The translations under genes and the position numbers were made by a program. Positions 9,271 to 19,868 of a DNA stretch of 64,000 nucleotides are shown piece after piece (the first letter of the stretch is position 1; every line of letters starts with the position of its first letter). This stretch comes from Longimicrobiales bacterium (lineage in GTDB: Bacteria; Gemmatimonadota; Gemmatimonadetes; Longimicrobiales; Gaopeijiaceae). The notes beneath the pieces were generated by a model. The model worked only from the letters and a program-made list of their open reading frames with translations, was not told the origin of the DNA and did no database searches. The stretch spans positions 1,120,001-1,184,000 of the forward strand of contig OZ241892.1 of NCBI GenBank assembly GCA_965203485.1. The letters run 5' to 3'.

Positions 9271-10109
9271 CGGCGGGTCCGGGGTTCCTGGTGCTGGCGG
9301 GGCCGTCGGGAGCCGGCAAGACGACGATCGCGAGCGGTCTCGTGGAGCGCTGGCCGGAGCGCTTCGCGGTCTCGGTGTCGGTCACGACGCGGCCGGCGCG
9401 CCGGGGCGAGCGCGGAGGCGTCGAGTACCGCTTCGTGTCGCGGCGCGAGTTCGGCGCGATGATCGAGGCGGGCGAGCTGGCCGAATGGGCGGAAGTGCAC
9501 GGCGAATGCTACGGAACCCCGTTGCGCAATCTGTCGGGGGAGGAGTTGGACAGCGATGCCGGGCGGGGCAGGGGCGTCGGCCGGGGTGGCCGGGCGGCGT
9601 CGCCGGCCGGGCCGGGAATCGCCGCTCCCCCCGTTGTCCTGGTCCTCGACATCGATGTGCAGGGGGCCCGCCAAGTCGTGCGCCGGTCGCCGGAGGCCGT
9701 GGTTATGTTTGTCGTCCCCCCGGGGCCGGGGCCATGGCTTCGGCGGCTTCGCGGCAGGGGGACCGAGTCCCCTCGCCAGATCGCCGGGCGCCTTGCGACG
9801 GCCCTCCGCGAGCTGGAGGCGGCGGAGTCGCTCGCTCGCGCTCCGCAGTTCGGCGGCTTCGTGGTGAACGAGTCGGTGGACGGGGCGGTCTGCGAAGTCG
9901 TGGCGGCGGTGGACGGGTTCGGGCGGGCCGGACCCGCGGTGGGCCGGGCGAGGGGACGGGCGGGGGTGCGCGCCCTGTGCCTTCGCTTGGCGGAAGGGGC
10001 CCGGGCCGAGATCGAGCGGCTGGAGCGGGCCGGAGGAGACGGCGAGGCCGTCCGCGTCCGGCCGCAGGACGGCAGCGAAGCAGTCCCAGCAACAGGACGT
10101 GGAACATGA
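9267..10109 (+). CDS. gmk: Guanylate kinase (with a Gly/Arg/Pro-rich insertion)
   Basis: GPSGAGKTT, SVTTRPARRGE, EWAEVHGECYGT, LDIDVQGA; GTGA overlap with the yicC stop. Confidence 0.9.
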   Translation: MTAGPGFLVLAGPSGAGKTTIASGLVERWPERFAVSVSVTTRPARRGERGGVEYRFVSRREFGAMIEAGELAEWAEVHGECYGTPLRNLSGEELDSDAGRGRGVGRGGRAASPAGPGIAAPPVVLVLDIDVQGARQVVRRSPEAVVMFVVPPGPGPWLRRLRGRGTESPRQIAGRLATALRELEAAESLARAPQFGGFVVNESVDGAVCEVVAAVDGFGRAGPAVGRARGRAGVRALCLRLAEGARAEIERLERAGGDGEAVRVRPQDGSEAVPATGRGT

Positions 10110-10318
10110 GAGTCTTTCCCCCGGAACTCGTGGCCGAGCACAACCAGAGCAAGTACTTGGGCGTGCTGGTGGCGGCCAAGTACGCTCGCGAGCTCAACCT
10201 GCTTCCCAGCGAGCCGCTCGGCGACCAGAAGAAGCTGACCACGCGCGCCCTCGAGGCGATCACGTCCGGGCAGGTGGACTACAGCCTGGTCGAGCGCAGG
10301 CGGCCGGAAACGGATTAG
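10106..10318 (+). CDS. rpoZ: RNA polymerase omega subunit
   Basis: 70 aa; SKYLGVLVAAKYARELN...TTRALEAI; conserved gmk-rpoZ-coaBC order. Confidence 0.85.
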   Translation: MRVFPPELVAEHNQSKYLGVLVAAKYARELNLLPSEPLGDQKKLTTRALEAITSGQVDYSLVERRRPETD

Positions 10319-10323
10319 GCGCG

Positions 10324-11577
10324 TTGGCGCTGCGCTCGGCGGTCGCGGACGTCCGCGAGCCGCGCCCGCCTTGGAAGGGCAAGAGGGTCGTGTTGGGCGT
10401 GTCGGGCGGCATTGCGGCCTACAAGGCGGTGCAGGTGGCCCGCGACCTGACGCTCCTGGGCGCGCTCGTGGACGTGGTCCTCACGCCGGCCGCCGCCGAG
10501 TTCGTGAGGCCGCTCTCGTTCGCCGGCGTCACCGGGCGCAGGCCGTTCCAGGCGCCCCTGGGCATCGGGCCGGACGGGGCGATCCATCTGGATTTGGCCC
10601 GGCAGGCGGACTGCGTGTGCGTGGCGCCCGCGACGGCGGACCTCCTCGCGCGGGCGGCGTCCGGCCGGGCGGGCGACCTGCTGGCGGCGGTTCTGCTCGG
10701 CACGCGGGCCCCGGTGCTGGTGGCGCCCGCCATGAACGACGCCATGTACGAGCACCCGCAGACGCAGGCGAACGTGGACCGGATCGAGGACGTGCTCGGC
10801 TACGTGCGCGTGGGGCCGGTGGAGGGACCGCTGGCGGCAGGCGAGGGCAGCGGGGCGGGGCGCATGGCGGACCCGTCCGCGATCGTGCAGGCCGTGGGAC
10901 GCGCGCTGGCGCCGGCCTCGCCGCTGGCGGGGGCGGCGGCGCTCGTGACCGCGGGACCCACGTGGGAACCGCTCGATCCGGTGCGCTGCCTGGGCAACCG
11001 CTCCTCGGGCAAGATGGGATACGCGGTGGCGGCGGCGGCGTGGCGGCGCGGCGCGGACGTCGTCCTCGTCTCGGGTCCCTCGGGCGAAGCGCCGCCTTGG
11101 GGGGTCGAGGTGATCCGGGTCGAGACCGCGCGGGAGATGCACGACGCCGTGATGGAACGGGCGGCATCCGCCGACGCCGTCGTTCACGCGGCCGCCGTTG
11201 CCGACTACCGGCCCAAGCAGGTCTCCGCCGAGAAGATCAAGAAGAGCGCCGCGGGGGACGAGATGGACGTGGACTTGGTGGCGAACCCGGACATCGCGGT
11301 GGAGTCGCGCAAGCGCATGCCGCCGGGAAGCGTGTCCGTGGGCTTTGCGCTGGAGACGTCGGACGTCGTGGCGAACGCGGAAGCCAAGCTGGCCCGCAAG
11401 GGCTTCGACTTCGTGGTCGCGAACCGGGCGGGGCGGGAGGGCGAGGGATTCGGCGCGGACACGAACCGCGCGGTCGTCGTCGAGCCGGGGCGCGAGCCGA
11501 GGGCGTTGCCGCTGATGTCCAAGGACGCGGTCGCCGAAGAGATCATGGACCTCGTCGAGGCGGCGCTCGAGCGATGA
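10324..11577 (+). CDS. coaBC: Bifunctional phosphopantothenoylcysteine decarboxylase/ligase
   Basis: GVSGGIAAYK, APATAD, APAMN, VTAGPTWEPLDPVR, NRSSGKMG, AAVADY, VGFALET; TTG start approximate. Confidence 0.94.
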   Translation: MALRSAVADVREPRPPWKGKRVVLGVSGGIAAYKAVQVARDLTLLGALVDVVLTPAAAEFVRPLSFAGVTGRRPFQAPLGIGPDGAIHLDLARQADCVCVAPATADLLARAASGRAGDLLAAVLLGTRAPVLVAPAMNDAMYEHPQTQANVDRIEDVLGYVRVGPVEGPLAAGEGSGAGRMADPSAIVQAVGRALAPASPLAGAAALVTAGPTWEPLDPVRCLGNRSSGKMGYAVAAAAWRRGADVVLVSGPSGEAPPWGVEVIRVETAREMHDAVMERAASADAVVHAAAVADYRPKQVSAEKIKKSAAGDEMDVDLVANPDIAVESRKRMPPGSVSVGFALETSDVVANAEAKLARKGFDFVVANRAGREGEGFGADTNRAVVVEPGREPRALPLMSKDAVAEEIMDLVEAALER

Positions 11578-12431
11578 GCGAGGCCGCCGAGCGCTTGGCC
11601 GTTCACTTGGACCAGCGGCGCCGGCTGGGCGAGCCGCCGGTCGTGCCTTCGGCCTTGTCCGCCGCCGAGTTCGTGATGGCGGCCTCGGCCGGGGCGGGCG
11701 GCCTTGATCGGTCCGCGGCGCCGAAGCGGGCGGGTGCGCCGGGTGCAGGCGGATCCGCCGCGTCTCGGTCGCGGGGCCGGTCTCGGTCTCCGGCTCCTGG
11801 GGACGGCGGCCGGGGCGCGGCCATGCTCGACTCGGCCGCCGCCCCCGCCGAGGACGACTTGCCCGGCCGCGCCGCGGCCGCGGGCTACGACGAGTTGCGC
11901 GAAATGGCGCTGGGATGCACGCGCTGCCGCTTGGCCAAGGAGCGCAAGCACGTCGTCTTCGCGGACGGCGCCCCGGATGCGGAGCTGGCCGTGGTGGGCG
12001 AAGCGCCCGGCGCGAACGAGGACGCGACTGGCCTGCCGTTCGTGGGCGAAGCGGGCAAGCTGCTCGATCTGATGCTGGCGTCGGTGGGTCTCTCGCGCGG
12101 CGAGTCGGTGTACATCTGCAACGTGCTCAAGTGCCGTCCGCCGGGAAACCGCAACCCGGCGCCCGACGAGATCGAGGCGTGCGCGCCCTTTCTGAAGCGG
12201 CAGATCGAGCTGGTGGCGCCGCGCGCCGTGCTGGCCGTGGGCGCGTTCGCCGCGAACCGCCTCACGGCGTCGCAGGCGTCTCTGGGCAAGTTGCGCGGCC
12301 AGGTGTACCGTTACGAAGGAGTCCCGCTGGTCGTCACCTATCACCCGGCGGCCCTGCTGCGCAACCCGGGCTGGGGCCGCAGGGCGTGGGACGACCTTCA
12401 GCTTCTGCGCCAGGAGATGGACCGGCAGTGA
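11574..12431 (+). CDS. udg: Uracil-DNA glycosylase family 4 (Fe-S)
   Basis: CTRCRL, VGEAPG, PFVGEAG, NVLKCRPPGNR, TYHPAALLR. Confidence 0.92.
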   Translation: MSEAAERLAVHLDQRRRLGEPPVVPSALSAAEFVMAASAGAGGLDRSAAPKRAGAPGAGGSAASRSRGRSRSPAPGDGGRGAAMLDSAAAPAEDDLPGRAAAAGYDELREMALGCTRCRLAKERKHVVFADGAPDAELAVVGEAPGANEDATGLPFVGEAGKLLDLMLASVGLSRGESVYICNVLKCRPPGNRNPAPDEIEACAPFLKRQIELVAPRAVLAVGAFAANRLTASQASLGKLRGQVYRYEGVPLVVTYHPAALLRNPGWGRRAWDDLQLLRQEMDRQ

Positions 12432-12519
12432 CGAGGCGGCCGAGAGGCCGTCGAGGGGCGGGACCGGCGGCGAGACCGTCCGGGCGCGACCCACCCGCAA
12501 GAGCAGCGCGAGGACCAAG

Positions 12520-13920
12520 GTGAGCGAGGCGATTCCTCTTCAGCCCGAGCAGGCTCCGGCGTTCGACCGCGAGCCGCCGTTCGCGCCCGCGGCCGAGGCG
12601 TCGGTCCTGGGCGGGATGCTGATCGACGCCACCGCCGCGCCGCGCGCGCTCGAGGTCGTCGACGCCTCCATGTTCTTCCGGGAGGCGCACCGCCGGCTGT
12701 ACCGCGCCATGACTCGCCTGTTCGAGCGCGGCACGGCGCTCGACGTGATCACCGTCTCCGAAGAGCTCAAGAAGGAAGGCGAGCTCGACAACGCGGGCGG
12801 CCTGGAGTACTTGGCGTCGCTGCTGGACGCCGTGCCCACCGCCGCCAACATCGAGTACCACGCTCGCATCGTCCGCGAGAAGGCGCTGCTGCGCAGGTTG
12901 ATCGAGGCGGCCAACGCGATCGTGCAGGACGTCCACGACCCCGGCGAATCGAGCGCCGAGGATGTGCTCGACCAGGCGGAGCACCGCATCTTCGGCGTGT
13001 CGCAGTCCCGCGAGCGCGCGGGCTTCGTTTGGATCAAGGAGATCCTGTGGCCCACGTTCGAGCGCATCGAGCAGCTGCAGGAGTCGGCGGGCGGCGTTTC
13101 GGGGCTTCCCACCGGCTATGCCGACGTGGACCAGATGACCACGGGCCTGCAGCCGGGCGACTTGGTCGTCGTCGCGGGCCGTCCGTCGATGGGCAAGACG
13201 TCGTGGGCGCTCAACGTGTCGCAGTGGGTGGCGCTCAACCAGGGCGTCCCGGTCGCGATCTTCAGCCTTGAGATGTCGAAGGAGCAGCTGGCGCAGCGCT
13301 TCCTGTGCGCGGAGGGCCGCGTGGACGCGCAGAGGTTGCGCAAGGGCTCGCTTTCGGCCGAAGACCACCGGCGTCTGGCCATGGCCGCGGGCCGCTTGAA
13401 CACGGCCCCGATCTGGATCGACGACTCGGCCACGTCGAACGTGCTCGAGATGAAGGCCAAGTCCCGGCGTCTCAAGTCCGAATCCGACGTCGGCCTGATC
13501 GTCGTCGACTACATGCAGCTGATGTCGGCCCCGGGGGCGGGGCGCAACGACAGCCGCGTGCAGGAGATGAGCGACATTTCCAGAGGACTCAAGGGCCTGG
13601 CGCGGGAGATCGGCGTTCCGGTGATCGCGCTGAGCCAGCTGAGCCGCGCCCCCGAGCAGCGCACGAACCGCCGTCCCCAGCTGTCGGACCTGCGCGACAG
13701 CGGATCGATCGAGCAGGACGCGGACTTGGTGATGTTCCTCTACCGTCCCGAGTACTACGAGGGGCCGGAGGACAAGGACGGCGCCTCGCTGGAGGGCAAG
13801 GCCGAGCTCATCCTCTCGAAGCAGCGCAACGGCCCCACCGGCACGATCGACCTGTACTTCCACAAGGAGTTCACCCGCTTCGATTCCGTGGCGCGGGAGT
13901 CCGGCGCCGAAGGAGGGTAG
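12520..13920 (+). CDS. dnaB: Replicative DNA helicase
   Basis: AEASVLG, AGRPSMGKT, FSLEM, VDYMQL, LSQLSR, RPQLSDLRDSGSIEQDAD, KQRNGPTG. Confidence 0.97.
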   Translation: MSEAIPLQPEQAPAFDREPPFAPAAEASVLGGMLIDATAAPRALEVVDASMFFREAHRRLYRAMTRLFERGTALDVITVSEELKKEGELDNAGGLEYLASLLDAVPTAANIEYHARIVREKALLRRLIEAANAIVQDVHDPGESSAEDVLDQAEHRIFGVSQSRERAGFVWIKEILWPTFERIEQLQESAGGVSGLPTGYADVDQMTTGLQPGDLVVVAGRPSMGKTSWALNVSQWVALNQGVPVAIFSLEMSKEQLAQRFLCAEGRVDAQRLRKGSLSAEDHRRLAMAAGRLNTAPIWIDDSATSNVLEMKAKSRRLKSESDVGLIVVDYMQLMSAPGAGRNDSRVQEMSDISRGLKGLAREIGVPVIALSQLSRAPEQRTNRRPQLSDLRDSGSIEQDADLVMFLYRPEYYEGPEDKDGASLEGKAELILSKQRNGPTGTIDLYFHKEFTRFDSVARESGAEGG

Positions 13921-13926
13921 GGCCGC

Positions 13927-14649
13927 GTGCCGGATGTCGCTTCGAAGCCGCCTCGTCCGGCGCGGGTCGTCGTGCTGGTGCCGGCGGCGGGATCGGGCCG
14001 GCGCATGGGGGGGACGCGCAAGCCGTTCCTGGCGCTCGGTCGGCGGACCGTGCTGGAGGAGGGCGTCTCGCGCTTCCTTCGCCGGCGCGAGGTCGTCCAG
14101 GTGGTCGTGGCGGCGCCGCGGGGGTTCTTCGACGAGGAGCCGGACGAGGCGGCGCGGCTCGAGGGCGGAGACGCGCGCATGCGCTTGGTGGAGGGGGGAG
14201 CCAGCCGGTTCGAGTCGGTCGAGCGCGCGTTCGCGGCGGCGCGGGCGGACGCGGACGTGGTGGCGGTGCACGACGGGGCGCGGCCGTTTCCGCCGGACGA
14301 CGCGATCGGGGCCTGCATCGCCTGCGCGGCGCAGGGGCGGGTGGCGGTGGCGGGGGTTCCGGTCGTCGACACCGTGAAGCGCGCCGACTCGTCGGGACGG
14401 CGGGCCGAGACGGTTCCGCGCGAGGGCCTTTGGCGCGCGCAGACGCCCCAAATGTTTCCGCGCCCGCTCTTCTCCGCCGCGCTGGCCCGGTGCAGGGAAA
14501 GCGGCGCCCGGCCGACCGACGACTCGTGGATGGCCGAGGCCATGGGCGAGTCCGTGCGGATGATCCGGTCGTCCTCCGCCAACCTCAAGATCACCCGTCC
14601 GGCGGACCTGCGCGTCGCCGAGTGCCTGTTGCGGTCGCGCCGGCGGTGA
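13927..14649 (+). CDS. ispD: 2-C-methyl-D-erythritol 4-phosphate cytidylyltransferase
   Basis: PAAGSGRRMG, GGASRFESV, VHDGARP, DTVK, AQTPQ, TDD, NLKIT. Confidence 0.92.
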   Translation: MPDVASKPPRPARVVVLVPAAGSGRRMGGTRKPFLALGRRTVLEEGVSRFLRRREVVQVVVAAPRGFFDEEPDEAARLEGGDARMRLVEGGASRFESVERAFAAARADADVVAVHDGARPFPPDDAIGACIACAAQGRVAVAGVPVVDTVKRADSSGRRAETVPREGLWRAQTPQMFPRPLFSAALARCRESGARPTDDSWMAEAMGESVRMIRSSSANLKITRPADLRVAECLLRSRRR

Positions 14650-15923
14650 GCGGGCGGCGTCGCCTTTCCGCAGGGCCTCCGAGTCCGGCGGCGAGATCGT
14701 CCGGGCGCGTGTCCGGCGCGCGCCCGGCCTCCCGCGCGACGAAGTCCGAGTCCGGCCCGGCAGGCGCCCCCGCGCCGCCGCTCGCCCTGGCCGAGTGCGC
14801 GCGAGCAGTGCGCGCGGGCGAACTCGTCGTCCATCCGGCCGAGTCCGTCTACGGCTTCGGCGGAGCGCTCGATCCGCGCCCGCTGGAGGCATTGCGGGCG
14901 CTGAAGGGCCGCGCGTCCAGCGGATTCGTCGTGCTCGTCCCGCGCGTGGACGAAGTGGAGGAGCTGCTGGGCGCCGCCGGCCGCGCGTTGGCGGACGCGT
15001 TCTGGCCCGGTCCCCTGACCTTGGTCGTGGACGATCCCGCAGGCCGCTTTCCGTCGGGAGCGAAGGCGGCGGACGGTTCGGTCGCGGTGCGCGTTCCGGG
15101 GCGCGCGGAGACGCTGGCGCTCCTGGGCGAGGCGGGGCGGCCGATGACCTCGACCTCGGCCAACGCTCCGGGCGGGCGTCCGGCGGTCACGGCGGAAGGG
15201 GCTCTCGCCGCCGCGCGGGCGCTCGGCCGCGAGATGGCCGTCCTCGACGCGGGCCCGTTGTGCGGCGGGCCCGCGTCCACGTTGGTGCGCTTGGGGGCGC
15301 CGCGGCCCGCGGTGCTTCGCGAGGGCCGAGTGAGCGCGCGCGACGTGGCCAGGGCTCTCGGCGAGCCGAGCCCGGCGCCTCGCGACGTCGCCGCTTCGCC
15401 GCGCGGAGACGCCTTGCGCCCGGACACCGGCGCCGCGCGGCGCCCGTCCGCCGGCCCCGAGCCCGGGGCGGAGCCGTTCGTGGTCACCTTCGTTTGCACC
15501 GGCAACACGTGCCGCTCGCCGATGGCGGAGGCGATCGCCCGCCGCGCCTTCGACCGCAGGGGGATGAGCGGCTTCCACGCGCGCTCGGCGGGCGTGGCGG
15601 CGTGGCCGGGGGCTCCGGCGAGCGACGGCGCGTTGCGGGCGGCCGCGGAATCGGGCCTCGACTTGGAAGCGCACCGCAGCGAGCCGCTCTCCCGCGAGAC
15701 CGCGGAGTCGTCGAGCCTGCTGCTGTGCATGGGACGAAGCCACTTGGCCCGGACGGAGGCGCTGGGCGGCGGCGGAAGGTGCCGGTTGCTGAAGGAAATG
15801 GCGGGCGGGGGCGGCGAGGTGGCGGACCCCTTCGGGAGAAGCGACCGGGCGTATCGCGAGACGTTCGCCGAACTGGAGGCGGCGGTCGAGGCGGTCGTGG
15901 AGGGACTGGCGGGCCGTGCCTAG
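14646..15923 (+). CDS. Fusion of TsaC/Sua5 (YrdC) threonylcarbamoyl-AMP synthase and a low-molecular-weight phosphatase (YwlE-like)
   Basis: One frame from GTG 14646: PAESVYG, LKGR, FWPGPLT, TSAN, then VCTGNTCRSPMAE and DPFG. Confidence 0.85.
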   Translation: MSGRRRLSAGPPSPAARSSGRVSGARPASRATKSESGPAGAPAPPLALAECARAVRAGELVVHPAESVYGFGGALDPRPLEALRALKGRASSGFVVLVPRVDEVEELLGAAGRALADAFWPGPLTLVVDDPAGRFPSGAKAADGSVAVRVPGRAETLALLGEAGRPMTSTSANAPGGRPAVTAEGALAAARALGREMAVLDAGPLCGGPASTLVRLGAPRPAVLREGRVSARDVARALGEPSPAPRDVAASPRGDALRPDTGAARRPSAGPEPGAEPFVVTFVCTGNTCRSPMAEAIARRAFDRRGMSGFHARSAGVAAWPGAPASDGALRAAAESGLDLEAHRSEPLSRETAESSSLLLCMGRSHLARTEALGGGGRCRLLKEMAGGGGEVADPFGRSDRAYRETFAELEAAVEAVVEGLAGRA

Positions 15924-16716
15924 CGTCTTCGCCGTCCTGGGCGATCCGGTGTCGCACAGTCTGTCGCCGGCGTTGCACAACGCCGCGTTCCGCGCCGAGG
16001 GACGCGACGCCCGCTACGAGGCCCGCGCCGTGCCGGCGTCCGAGTGCGGCCGCGTGCTGCGCGAGCTGGCGCTGGGCGGCGGCGGCGGCAACGTCACCGT
16101 GCCGCACAAGGAACGAGTGCTGCCGTTCCTCGACCGCCGCACCTCCGCCGTGTCGGCCACCGGGGCGTGCAACACGTTCTGGGCCGTCGGCGCAGACGTG
16201 TGGGGAGACAACACCGACGTGGCCGGCTTCGAGGCCGCATGGCGCGCGGCGACGACGGGCCTGCACGGCTCCCTCGACGTGCTGGTGCTGGGCGCCGGCG
16301 GGGCCGCCCGTGCCGTCTTGGCCGTCCTGCTGGCGGATGCTCGCACGGCCAGGGCAGGGGTCTGGAACCGGACGCGCGAGCGAGCGGAAGGCGTGCTGCG
16401 CCACTTCGGCGGCGAGCGGACCGCCTTGGCCTGGGACTGGAGGCGAAGCAGGGCGCAGGCGGTGGTGAACGCCACGTCGGCGGGCATGAACGGCGGGGCG
16501 CCGCCGATCGACCTCGAGCGTCTCGCGGAGCGGCCTCGCGTCGTCGTCGATCTGGTGTACTGCGACGGGGGGACGGCGCTCGTGCGGCAGGCGCGGCGCA
16601 TGGGCGTCGCGGCCGCCGACGGGCGCGAGATGCTCGTGCGGCAGGCGGAAGCGTCTTACGCGCGCTGGTTCGGAGCGCCGCCCCCCGAGGGAGTCATGCG
16701 ATGCGCGCTCGGGTAG
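15916..16716 (+). CDS. aroE: Shikimate dehydrogenase
   Basis: GDPVSHSLSPALHN, NVTVPHK, NTD, LGAGGAARA, NRT, VNATSAG, DGREML. Confidence 0.93.
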   Translation: MPSVFAVLGDPVSHSLSPALHNAAFRAEGRDARYEARAVPASECGRVLRELALGGGGGNVTVPHKERVLPFLDRRTSAVSATGACNTFWAVGADVWGDNTDVAGFEAAWRAATTGLHGSLDVLVLGAGGAARAVLAVLLADARTARAGVWNRTRERAEGVLRHFGGERTALAWDWRRSRAQAVVNATSAGMNGGAPPIDLERLAERPRVVVDLVYCDGGTALVRQARRMGVAAADGREMLVRQAEASYARWFGAPPPEGVMRCALG

Positions 16717-17558
16717 ACCGCGGGCTGGAGCGGGCGGGCGCCGGGGCGCCGGGGCGTCCTCCCGCGTCCGGCTCGGGGCGGCGGGGCGTCGCGGTCGCGC
16801 GCTTGGCGGCCGTCCTCGACTTCCTGCTCCCGGCGGCGTGCGCGGGTTGCGGGGGAGCGGTGGACGACGCCTCGTATCCGGGGCCGGTCTGCCGCGGTTG
16901 CCGCCTGGGGTTGCCCGCCGTCCCGTTGCCGCTCTGCGAGCGTTGCGGAGCGCCGTCGGGGGCCGGCCGGGCGCCCGCGTGCCTCGAATGCGCCGACTGG
17001 CCGGCGGCGCTTCACGGCGCCCGCGCCGCGTGTCTCCTGCAGTCGCCGGCCCGCGAACTGGTCCATGCGCTCAAGTACCAGGGCTGGCGCGGCGCGGGAG
17101 CGTTCATGGGCGCCGAGATGGCCCGGCGAGCCGGTCCCGCCGTGCGCAAGGCCGAGCGCCTGGTTCCCGTGCCCACTTCCGCTCGCAACAGGCGCCGCCG
17201 CGGCTACAACCAAGCCCGGGTGATCGCCGACGCGATGGGGGCCGCGCTCGGCGTGCCGGTCGCGGAATGCCTCGAACGGCGGCGCCAGCAGGGCACGCAA
17301 ACGGCCTTGAACCCGGAGCAGCGCAGGGCTAACGTCAGTAGCGCGTTCGCGCTGGTGCAGGGCGGGGAGCGCGACGTCGAGGGTCGCCGAGTCGTCTTGG
17401 TGGACGACGTGCTGACGACCGGCGCCACGGTCCTCGCCGCGTTCGGGGCGTTGGCCCCGGCGGGGCCGGCCGGAGTGTTCGCCTATGCGTTCGCCCGCGC
17501 GGTGCCCATGTCGGGCCCCGACGCGGACGGCGTTCCTCACCTTCCGGAGCTGAGATAG
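16701..17558 (+). CDS. comF: ComF family protein (double zinc ribbon plus PRTase-like domain)
   Basis: Four CxxC pairs, LKY, RGYNQA, RRANV, LVDDVLTTGAT; start approximate. Confidence 0.88.
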   Translation: MRARVDRGLERAGAGAPGRPPASGSGRRGVAVARLAAVLDFLLPAACAGCGGAVDDASYPGPVCRGCRLGLPAVPLPLCERCGAPSGAGRAPACLECADWPAALHGARAACLLQSPARELVHALKYQGWRGAGAFMGAEMARRAGPAVRKAERLVPVPTSARNRRRRGYNQARVIADAMGAALGVPVAECLERRRQQGTQTALNPEQRRANVSSAFALVQGGERDVEGRRVVLVDDVLTTGATVLAAFGALAPAGPAGVFAYAFARAVPMSGPDADGVPHLPELR

Positions 17559-17561
17559 CAG

Positions 17562-18578
<1,017 letters not shown>

Positions 18579-18638
18579 GGGCCGGGGGGGAGCCCGCCGC
18601 TGCAGTCGAAGAAGGGCCTTGACGGCCTGCCCGCCGAC

Positions 18639-19868
18639 TTGGACGGAGCCGTCGTCGCCGTGCGCGCCGACCTCAACGTGCCCCTGTCGGGCGCCGAAGT
18701 GGCGGACGACATCCGCGTCCGCCGCACCGTGCCCACGATCCGTTGCTTGGCCGCGGCCGGCGCCCGCGTGGTCGTGCTCTCCCACTTGGGGCGCCCGGGC
18801 GGCGAGTTCGTGCCGGCCCTTTCCCTGGAGCCCGTCGCGACCCGCTTGTCGGAGTTGCTCGGAGCGACCCGCGCCGGCGCGGCCCGGGCCAACGCCGGCG
18901 GCGCGCGGCTCCGGTTCGTCCGCCACGCGCGCGGCGATCCGGTTGCCGCCGCCGTGGCCGCCGTGCCCTCCGGCGGCGTCCTGCTTCTCGAGAACACCCG
19001 CTTCTTGCCCGGCGAGACCGCCAACTCGCCGTGCCTCGCGGCCGAATGGGCCGCCTGGACCGATCACTTCGTCGCGGACGCGTTCGGCGCGATGCACCGG
19101 GCGCACGCCTCGACCGACGCCCTGCCGCGGGCCGTGCGGACGAAGGGCGGCGAGGCGGTCGCGGGCCTGCTCGTGGAGCGCGAGCTCGCCCTTCTGGGCC
19201 GTGCCGTCGACGCGGGGCGGCGTCCCCTGGTCGTCGTGCTGGGCGGCGCCAAGGTCTCCGGCAAGATCGCGTTCGTGGAGGCGTTGCTCGAGCAGGCGGA
19301 CACGGTGCTCGTGGGCGGCGCCATGGCCAACGTCTTCCTTCGCGCCCTCGGGCTGGAGACGGGAGCTTCGCTGGTGGAGGAGGAGGCGGTCGACGCGGCC
19401 CGGCACCTCTTGAAGATCGGCGGCCCGCGCTTGGCGCTGCCCGTGGACTGCGTCGTGGCCGAGCGAGTGGCTCCGGGCGTGCCGACGCGGATCGCCGAGC
19501 GCACGGGAGTGGCCCCCGGCGAGGCGATCGGCGACATCGGCCCCGTCACGGCGGAGCTGTTCGGCCGACGCGTCGCCGAAGCCGAGACGGTGCTGTGGAA
19601 CGGTCCCATGGGCGCGTTTGAGACCGAGGGATTCGGGGCGGGAACGAAGGATGTCGGCCTGGCGGCGGCCGCGGCCGCCGAGGAAGGCGCGACGGTGATC
19701 GTCGGAGGAGGCGACTCGGCGGCCGCAGTGGAGTTCGCAGGCGTGGCCGGCCGCGTTACGCACGTGTCGACCGGCGGGGGCGCCGCTCTGGAATTGCTGG
19801 CGGGCGCCGACTTGCCGGGCATCGCGGCGTTGTCCGACCGTCCTCCGCTCCTGGAAGAGTCGGCATGA
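18639..19868 (+). CDS. pgk: Phosphoglycerate kinase
   Basis: RADLNVP, SHLGRP, LENTRF, DAFGAMHRAHAS, GGAKVSGK, WNGPMG, GGGDS, HVSTGGGA. An in-frame CTG at 18600 may be the real start. Confidence 0.95.
   Translation: MDGAVVAVRADLNVPLSGAEVADDIRVRRTVPTIRCLAAAGARVVVLSHLGRPGGEFVPALSLEPVATRLSELLGATRAGAARANAGGARLRFVRHARGDPVAAAVAAVPSGGVLLLENTRFLPGETANSPCLAAEWAAWTDHFVADAFGAMHRAHASTDALPRAVRTKGGEAVAGLLVERELALLGRAVDAGRRPLVVVLGGAKVSGKIAFVEALLEQADTVLVGGAMANVFLRALGLETGASLVEEEAVDAARHLLKIGGPRLALPVDCVVAERVAPGVPTRIAERTGVAPGEAIGDIGPVTAELFGRRVAEAETVLWNGPMGAFETEGFGAGTKDVGLAAAAAAEEGATVIVGGGDSAAAVEFAGVAGRVTHVSTGGGAALELLAGADLPGIAALSDRPPLLEESA

Noticed and set aside
10820..10870. CoaBC substrate clamp lacks the usual Cys (LAAGEGSGAGRM)
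   Set aside because: As I recall, Cys-less variants occur in other functional CoaBC proteins (e.g. mycobacterial), so this is not evidence of inactivation.
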